Virus record (IMG/VR): IMGVR_UViG_3300048573_000442
Direction: 5' to 3' (one strand)
Origin: a virus
Length of the DNA stretch: 64,000 nucleotides
The notes beneath the pieces are model-generated. The model worked only from the letters and a program-made list of their open reading frames with translations, was not told where the DNA came from and ran no database searches. This document shows, one piece after another, positions 58,360 through 64,000 of this stretch. How positions within the stretch are numbered: the stretch's first letter is position 1; each line of letters begins with the position of its first letter. Both the position numbers and the translations under genes were made by a program.

Positions 58360-59260
58360 ATGTTGATATAAGTTGTTTCACTGGTATATATGTGGTATCT
58401 GGAACACAAAGATCGCATTCATTATAAATTCTCTTATTCGTCATAGACAATCTATCTAATATAGATTCAGTTCCTGTCATTTTGTATCTTAAAGATAGGC
58501 CCATGGCTTCTCTAAAAATGTAAGGTTTTATAGCAGATGATGTCAAAGTTTCAGACTGACTAAACAAATGCTTCATTCTTCTAGTATTTATGAAAGAATA
58601 AAAAAGCTCAGGCGAGTATAATATAAAGTTTGGACAACCAACCTGCCCATTTAAATAAAATGCTTTCCACCAAGAAAACGTGTGCTCTCTTACGCAGTAA
58701 TACCAATCGAAATCCTCTCCAATTTTTTTACATTCAAATACGGGGTCATCTCCAAGTATAAGATAGGAAGATTTTGATAATAATTCTATAGCTTTAAGAT
58801 AAGGCGCATAACCAGATTGTGAAGACTGATATTTTTTGCATAAGTCAAATGATTCCCCCGAGTCGTGTAAGTTAACAACATCTAATTCTATTACATGCAA
58901 TTTGAGATTAAAACCTTTAGCAAAACTGATAGCTTTATTTTTGTCATAACTATTAAATCCGAAATCCAAAAAGACTAAATCGGGAACCTTTCCGTATAAG
59001 AGAAAGGATTTAGCTATGAACTCGCTATCTATTCCGCCAGAATAGAGGATTGACATGTTGGAAACGCCATAGTGCTCGTCCATTATGTTCGCTGTTATAA
59101 TAGCTTCTTCATTAAATCCGTAATTTTTTCTAATTGATGGGTTGAATGAGAATTTCATGACATCATTCACATGGGACCTTTTATTAAAGAATCCATCGTT
59201 GTACCCTATTTTAACATAATCATCCCATGTAAAGCTTTGCTTCATAATTTGACAATCCAT
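58331..59260 (-). CDS. PP-loop ATP pyrophosphatase (asparagine synthetase C-terminal/QueC-like)
   Basis: ILYSGGIDSE PP-loop; C-terminal K..I.R......R.K.TG.E similar to AsnB-type proteins. Confidence 0.7.
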   Translation of the reverse strand: MDCQIMKQSFTWDDYVKIGYNDGFFNKRSHVNDVMKFSFNPSIRKNYGFNEEAIITANIMDEHYGVSNMSILYSGGIDSEFIAKSFLLYGKVPDLVFLDFGFNSYDKNKAISFAKGFNLKLHVIELDVVNLHDSGESFDLCKKYQSSQSGYAPYLKAIELLSKSSYLILGDDPVFECKKIGEDFDWYYCVREHTFSWWKAFYLNGQVGCPNFILYSPELFYSFINTRRMKHLFSQSETLTSSAIKPYIFREAMGLSLRYKMTGTESILDRLSMTNKRIYNECDLCVPDTTYIPVKQLISTYENNSINNR

Positions 59261-60813
59261 TAAAATTTACCAGTGCCGTCCCAAGTTGGTGTAGGAGTTG
59301 GTGTAGGAGTTGGTGTAGGAGTTGGTGTAGGAGTTGGTGTAGGAGTTGGTGTAGGAGTTGGTGCCGCAACATACGGCCAAACCTGGACCCACACGTTAGC
59401 CACAGTGTAAAGCATTAATCTTCCCTGTGGCGATAATGAAGTGCTACTGTCGTACCAGGTTTGACCTGCTTGAGGATTTGAGGGGGGCGAACTGTTTGCT
59501 TGGTGGTTTATAGCATTTATAGCATTTTTCACAAATGCCGTAGTTGCAATAGTCGTATCATTCGAAGCAATGTTTGGCGTAGGGGCAGTTGGTGCGCCCA
59601 ATAATGACACAGTTTCAACTGGTGCACCAAGTATGATCGTGCTAATTTGCGCGTTTTTGCTTTTGGATATTACCTTACCGTGGGTATTATCATAAATCCC
59701 GATTTCATTGTCGCTATTATACAAATACGCTTGAGATGCATTTGTTCCAGTTTTTTCAACCAGCACTCTCGCTTCACTATTACCAACTTGCTTAATTACT
59801 CCATTAAACGTTTTATTGCCGTCTATCGTCTGATCGCCAGTTAAGTTGACCGTATCTGCATTCACTCCCAAATTCACCCGCGCAGTTGCTGCATCTGTTG
59901 CACCAGTCCCGCCATTAGCGATAGCAACAACGCCGATCACGTTTTCTGAAGTTCCTGGCACATGTGTAACAGCAGAACCAATTTCTCCCCAAGAAGTAAA
60001 AACTTGCTGTGCTTTATCCCTTAGTACCTCAACCTGCGTCAAACTTGCATTAACGCCATCGGGCATTAGTACCTTTAAAAACATTCTGAAACTTCCGCCA
60101 GTAGTACGATTGATAACCGTCCAAACTTTTTTATACGTGTTGGGGAATATCAGCGTCACATCAGAAGTTAAAACGCCATTAAATATGAAAATTGGGTCAA
60201 CTGCGGCTTCAGGGCCTATATAAAGCGTCGGTCCACTATGCGCAGTCAAATCTTGTATCTGAACACCGTTAACGACGCTATGAACGAAAGCAGTAGTTGC
60301 AACCTGAGTCGTTTCAGTAGTAGCAATCGGTGTGGGAGACGTAGGGATCCCAGTGAGTGCTGGAGAATTGACATCGGCTTTGGGGGCAACTGCGTCTACA
60401 ATTGCTTGTTGCAAGATTGCTGCAGAATCTGCAATCTCTTGCTGGAGATCAGAAACAATTGTGCCTAGAGCAGAAGACTGCCAAGCTCGAACCCAACCTA
60501 TTGCTCCACTGGTAAAGTAAACATTTGTTTCTGCGGTAACTGTGGCGGTTTCAACACAAAGATACAGCGCTTTGTCCACAGGGCTGAACCAAAGCTGACC
60601 AATTGTTGGGTTTGATGGCGCAGTATTAGATGCGAAATTTTCAAGCAGCTTAATAAAATTCTCTTGTTGAATTTTACCATAACTAGCGGTGCCTTTGCCA
60701 GTAAGCTTTAAAGAAGTTGAAGTTGCATCAGTTGTCCTCTCCGGGACAATGATAGAAGATTTTCCAGGAATGCCTTCAGTTCCGGCACTTTCCCAATCAA
60801 GATTGTATGTCAT
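59260..60813 (-). CDS. Tail-fibre-like virion protein with C-terminal (PT)13
   Basis: Jumbo-phage virion N-domain (L.G.G...YG..Q.ENF..LLENFA...P..P..GQLW); two tail-fibre repeats (SPALTG.PT.PT......T.ATTAFV); GGTGATDAATAR.NLG; AGGAG RBS. Confidence 0.8.
   Translation of the reverse strand: MTYNLDWESAGTEGIPGKSSIIVPERTTDATSTSLKLTGKGTASYGKIQQENFIKLLENFASNTAPSNPTIGQLWFSPVDKALYLCVETATVTAETNVYFTSGAIGWVRAWQSSALGTIVSDLQQEIADSAAILQQAIVDAVAPKADVNSPALTGIPTSPTPIATTETTQVATTAFVHSVVNGVQIQDLTAHSGPTLYIGPEAAVDPIFIFNGVLTSDVTLIFPNTYKKVWTVINRTTGGSFRMFLKVLMPDGVNASLTQVEVLRDKAQQVFTSWGEIGSAVTHVPGTSENVIGVVAIANGGTGATDAATARVNLGVNADTVNLTGDQTIDGNKTFNGVIKQVGNSEARVLVEKTGTNASQAYLYNSDNEIGIYDNTHGKVISKSKNAQISTIILGAPVETVSLLGAPTAPTPNIASNDTTIATTAFVKNAINAINHQANSSPPSNPQAGQTWYDSSTSLSPQGRLMLYTVANVWVQVWPYVAAPTPTPTPTPTPTPTPTPTPTPTPTPTWDGTGKF
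59284..59363 (-). repeat. Perfect 12-bp tandem repeat (GTTGGTGTAGGA x6 + partial) encoding (Pro-Thr)13
   Basis: Direct reading of 59285-59363; codons CCA ACT CCT ACA repeat without variation. Confidence 0.95.
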
Positions 60814-60888
60814 TTTTTCTCCTGCGCCGGCTCACAAAAATTGTACAGCTAGGATAGACCGGTACACCACGCTGCGTTTGCATGATAG

Positions 60889-60896
60889 TATTTATA
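60889..60896 (-). promoter_or_regulatory. Late promoter TATAAATA heading the fibre + enzyme operon
   Basis: Exact T4 late consensus 76 nt upstream of ATG 60813. Confidence 0.75.
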
Positions 60897-60905
60897 TTGG
60901 AACCC

Positions 60906-60948
60906 AAAAACAACACAGGCCGTTGTCCTCCTTTTGAGCAACGGCCTG
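60906..60948 (-). terminator. Rho-independent terminator after phoH
   Basis: 10-bp stem CAGGCCGTTG/CAACGGCCTG (60916-25/60939-48) followed on the - strand by TGTTGTTTTT. Confidence 0.75.
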
Positions 60949-61021
60949 GTCCAAGTGATTAATCGAAAAGTCCTTTAAGGGTTAGAAATGCTTTTTTAAT
61001 CTGGCAATCTCCTTTCAATGG

Positions 61022-61771
61022 TTAACGTAGGTTGTTTAAAATTGTCTCAATCAATGGATGGCGCTGAATATCTCTCATGGACAGTTCCACTACACCAATG
61101 GAAGAACTTTTCCCACGGAGCGATGAAATCGCCCAATTCAATCCACTGTCTGATTCTCTTGGTAAGTCAATTTGATCTGTGTCCCCGTTTAGAGACATGA
61201 TTGAATTTTCTGCAAGTCGAGTCAATAGCAATTTGATACCTTTTCGAGTTAGGTTCTGAGCCTCATCAATTAGGATGAAGCAGTCCCGTAAATTCCTACC
61301 TCGACAGTACGCAGTCGGCAAAAACTCGATTTTACCATCATCGAGCAATTTCTTTGTGACCGCTGGGCCAACGTGCTCTTCTACGCAGTCTAAGACGGAC
61401 TGAAAGTGAGGCAAAATTTTATCAGCAACTTCACCAGGTAGAAAGCCAAGTTCTTCTGAACCTGCTTCCAAAATTGGCTTGGTAACAATAATCTTTTTAA
61501 CTTTATTTGATGCTAGCATCTCAAGTGCATAGCGAGTGGCGATAGATGTTTTACCGCATCCTGCTGGCCCAGAACAAAAAGTAATATCGCACTCAGTTAA
61601 GAGGTCTAGATAATATTCTTGCCCTGGTGTCCTAGGCGCAAACTCGGAAGAGAAACGAATTTCCTGTTTAATAGGTTGAGGATATTTCTGCTTTTGCCTT
61701 TTTGGTGGCGAGACGTCATAGTCATTTTCAGCAGAATGGCTTCTTGCTCTGGAACCGCGTTTAAATGTCAT
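61022..61771 (-). CDS. phoH: PhoH-family ATPase
   Basis: GPAGCGKT, LGFLPG, RGRNL, ILIDEAQN, GD.DQ.D and RHPLI..IL. Confidence 0.93.
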   Translation of the reverse strand: MTFKRGSRARSHSAENDYDVSPPKRQKQKYPQPIKQEIRFSSEFAPRTPGQEYYLDLLTECDITFCSGPAGCGKTSIATRYALEMLASNKVKKIIVTKPILEAGSEELGFLPGEVADKILPHFQSVLDCVEEHVGPAVTKKLLDDGKIEFLPTAYCRGRNLRDCFILIDEAQNLTRKGIKLLLTRLAENSIMSLNGDTDQIDLPRESDSGLNWAISSLRGKSSSIGVVELSMRDIQRHPLIETILNNLR

Positions 61772-61856
61772 TGGTATTTTAGCCTTTTAAAATGTTTAAA
61801 TGCCCTAACCGTCAACAGAAATTCGACAACTCTTAGATTGGTTCTCCTCTCAATTC

Positions 61857-61863
61857 TATTTAT
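61857..61863 (-). promoter_or_regulatory. Late promoter core ATAAATA upstream of phoH
   Basis: Overlaps the stop of the upstream gene. Confidence 0.5.
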
Positions 61864-62240
61864 TAGTCCTGGCTGGCTAATACGCTTCTAATCCACGCAA
61901 GTGTAGAAACTGATTGTGGCTGATTTTCAGCATCTTCTAGATCAAACATTTTATTCAAGACCATTTGCGCGAGCCTTACGTGTTCTTCGTCCTCTAGGGA
62001 CTTGACCGCTTCAATAGCATCAGAACTAGTATACATGCCTGACGGAATAGCTTCTCTGGGCCAACGGCTTGGCCCACCGCCTTTAAACATTGATAGCGCG
62101 CCCGCAAGAGTAAAAATTTGAACATTATCGGTTACCTTTCCGTCGGTAACGATTTGCTGCAATGGCATATAAATGTATGGGGGAATTACACCTTCAATTA
62201 GGGAATTGCCGACTTTGGGTTTTAATTCATTCAAACGCAT
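61863..62240 (-). CDS. Hypothetical late protein (MRLNEL start typical of processed head proteins)
   Basis: 125 aa; AAGGAG RBS; TATAAATA upstream. Confidence 0.55.
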   Translation of the reverse strand: MRLNELKPKVGNSLIEGVIPPYIYMPLQQIVTDGKVTDNVQIFTLAGALSMFKGGGPSRWPREAIPSGMYTSSDAIEAVKSLEDEEHVRLAQMVLNKMFDLEDAENQPQSVSTLAWIRSVLASQD

Positions 62241-62254
62241 GAGTTCTCCTTGGG

Positions 62255-62280
62255 ATAAATAATTTCATCAAGTATTTATA
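62255..62280. promoter_or_regulatory. Face-to-face pair of late promoters (ATAAATA + at 62255; TATAAATA - at 62280-62273)
   Basis: Both lie in a 57-nt divergent intergenic gap, each pointing at a gene with a strong RBS. Confidence 0.65.
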
Positions 62281-62297
62281 ACACTATAGGAGTAAAA

Positions 62298-62486
62298 ATG
62301 ACTTCCCATCCGCCTCGTTCAACCTGGTCTTCATTAGAGCCAGCCAAATTGTATGAAGTCAGGTCATATCTCACGACGATTTATTATGACATTCATAAAT
62401 CAAACCCGCAACTAAGTAAACATTACTTAGCGCTCGTAGATGAATTATCAAACCTAATCCAACTCAGAACTGATCAGCATTCTTAA
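62298..62486 (+). CDS. Small hypothetical protein (lone + strand gene)
   Basis: 62 aa; TAGGAG RBS; has its own late promoter. Confidence 0.6.
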   Translation: MTSHPPRSTWSSLEPAKLYEVRSYLTTIYYDIHKSNPQLSKHYLALVDELSNLIQLRTDQHS

Positions 62487-62872
62487 TCGGCATCATTTGG
62501 AGCAATGCCGAAAAAGTTTAAAACGATCAGCACGCCCCAAAATTGGAACACCCAAGTAATCCATGAAGCTTTCACAAAGGTGAAGTGCACTGCTAACTTT
62601 ATTAGATCTATTACTACAAGGAATGGAATTAGTAGGGCTTCGCCCATATTATTCAAGTTGTTGGCGTAAGCATCAGCATACAAAGTTGGAGCTTTGTAGT
62701 TTCTAAAATCTGTCCCGAACATGAAGTCAAACAGCAGACCTACTGCAGTACAGACACTCATAATTAGTAAAACTGCGACGAACCTGATGAAGAAATTTAA
62801 AGTCTTTTCAAGGCCAGCGCTTGCCATAAAGATAAGTGGAAATGCAATCAAAACCATGAAAAATACAAACAT
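62483..62872 (-). CDS. Multi-pass membrane protein
   Basis: Several hydrophobic helices; AAAGGAG RBS. Confidence 0.6.
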   Translation of the reverse strand: MFVFFMVLIAFPLIFMASAGLEKTLNFFIRFVAVLLIMSVCTAVGLLFDFMFGTDFRNYKAPTLYADAYANNLNNMGEALLIPFLVVIDLIKLAVHFTFVKASWITWVFQFWGVLIVLNFFGIAPNDAD

Positions 62873-62900
62873 TTTAAGCTCCTTTAGATAGAATGTTTAA

Positions 62901-62930
62901 ATTCTATTCTACTTGGAGAAAAAAGTACAA
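62901..62930 (-). promoter_or_regulatory. Early sigma70-like promoter TTGTAC-N18-TAGAAT
   Basis: Intergenic, upstream of RBS; similar to 32665-32693. Confidence 0.55.
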
Positions 62931-63012
62931 TTATTGTTGAACAAAATTGAAACTTCAGAAATCGCTTTTTTAGAAAGGCGACAATTTTGTTTGGACCAGG
63001 TTAAATTTTAAT

Positions 63013-63495
63013 TTAAACCCCTAGATAATCTTTGTAAATTTCCCTAAATGCGGACTTCTCAAATGAATTTCCGCCGATAGAAACATCTATGTCGGCTATA
63101 TGCGAAAGGCGATGAAACTTGCCATTTTCATCCTTAAAGAACAAGCCTTTATTCACCCCCAACATTTTTGACTTCAGCTTTAGCCCATGAACATCTAGGT
63201 AACCGGTGCGGTCTTCTGAAGTCTTTACTGAAACTTTATCATCTGGTTGCGGTAAATGCTGCGCCCGATCTATTTTACCCAAAGCGTTGAATACTTTGCT
63301 CGAGGTAGAATATTCTACTTTGACTCCATTGATTTCGTCAATGTCAAAGAAGTATACAAGGATCAAGTCTTTAGAATTTGGAGAGCGAGCATAAACTGCA
63401 GGTCCACCACTTTTATAGTTAGTGTACTCGACTACTTTAAGCTTTTGTTTATCCTTAGTTAGGATAATGTCTTTTTGGATTGGTACCACTAGCAT
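63013..63495 (-). CDS. Conserved jumbo-phage hypothetical protein
   Basis: 160 aa; GAGGA RBS. Confidence 0.55.
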   Translation of the reverse strand: MLVVPIQKDIILTKDKQKLKVVEYTNYKSGGPAVYARSPNSKDLILVYFFDIDEINGVKVEYSTSSKVFNALGKIDRAQHLPQPDDKVSVKTSEDRTGYLDVHGLKLKSKMLGVNKGLFFKDENGKFHRLSHIADIDVSIGGNSFEKSAFREIYKDYLGV

Positions 63496-63496
63496 G

Positions 63497-63682
63497 TTAA
63501 TAATCCTCGTCTAGGTCATGTTCTTTAATGTCACGGAGATAATTTTTAAAATTGACGCGGCTTGAACGCTGTTCCAGTTTATCTTCAGTGATTTCGCGTT
63601 TTTTCTTTTTAGGCTTCCTACGCTTTTCTTGGGCATCATAGTCTTGTTCAAAATTTGCGTCAGGTCGATACGGGTGTTTCAT
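63497..63682 (-). CDS. Small charged protein
   Basis: 61 aa, Lys/Arg/Glu-rich. Confidence 0.5.
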   Translation of the reverse strand: MKHPYRPDANFEQDYDAQEKRRKPKKKKREITEDKLEQRSSRVNFKNYLRDIKEHDLDEDY

Positions 63683-63687
63683 TTCTG

Positions 63688-63825
63688 TTATGTTTGTTGA
63701 TTTGGGGCAAAATTATCCATTATTGTCAGGGCAAGTCTTATTTTGGCATGTTTGAAAATGCAGAATGGTCGTTCCATTATTTTAACGGGCAAAAACGCGT
63801 TAAACTTAAAAGTCGGCAAATTCAT
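63688..63825 (-). CDS. Possible 45-aa ORF
   Basis: MNLPTFKFNAF...; ATGA overlap with the upstream frame; fills the gap. Confidence 0.3.
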   Translation of the reverse strand: MNLPTFKFNAFLPVKIMERPFCIFKHAKIRLALTIMDNFAPNQQT

Positions 63826-63998
63826 TTTTTGAACATTTTCATTTTTAAATCTTTTGGTTTAATTTGCCCTGAAGGATTTCGTATTTCTAATTTAATCAGG
63901 CATTTTTCTGATTCGCACTTTATATTTATCTGTTTTCTTCTAATTGACGGATAAGTAAAACTTTTTATCACCATGTCTTCTAGCAGCGATGATAGAAA
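63822..63998 (-). CDS. Possible C-terminus of a gene truncated by the window edge
   Basis: Open minus-strand frame from the window end to TGA at 63822. Confidence 0.3.
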   Translation of the reverse strand, partial: FLSSLLEDMVIKSFTYPSIRRKQINIKCESEKCLIKLEIRNPSGQIKPKDLKMKMFKK

Positions 63999-64000
63999 GC

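Noticed and set aside
59284-59363. Tandem repeat as a CRISPR array
   Set aside because: The 12-bp units are contiguous with no spacers, and they are in-frame coding sequence.
1-64000. tRNA genes, transposases, DGR reverse transcriptase
   Set aside because: No cloverleaf-sized intergenic structures with T-loop/CCA signatures and no DDE or RT motifs were recognised. A tRNAscan-SE/HMM run would be needed to exclude them fully.

Overview
This is a 64 kb segment of a large dsDNA tailed phage, most likely a T4-superfamily jumbo myophage infecting a Gram-negative host. The phage type is inferred from T4-like replication genes, ATAAATA late-promoter motifs, a 2901-aa baseplate protein and a spanin pair. 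All protein calls come from motif recognition by eye; no database searches were run. Positions 1-16375 (+ strand) hold baseplate/virion genes, Rz/Rz1-like spanins and an Ig-M23-SLT lysin. The rest is almost entirely on the - strand: exonuclease, a 1105-aa nucleotidyltransferase/acidic protein, helicase, primase, SLT lysin, rIIA/rIIB, RNase H, sliding clamp, family B DNA polymerase, DsbA, two RNA ligases and PhoH. Two features stand out. (1) The polymerase is split into two cistrons, and the second is interrupted inside motif B by a 246-nt ORF-less group I intron (36836-37081). (2) A tightly coupled 15-gene operon (60813->47848) follows a TATAAATA late promoter. It starts with a tail-fibre-like protein ending in (Pro-Thr)13. 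It continues with an AT-rich run of tailoring enzymes: eight 2OG-Fe(II) dioxygenases, a carbamoyltransferase, a B12-type radical SAM enzyme, a membrane desaturase, a PP-loop ATPase, a possible GNAT and a cupin-like protein. This is a candidate phage-encoded pathway for chemically decorating the virion. No tRNAs or CRISPR arrays were seen.
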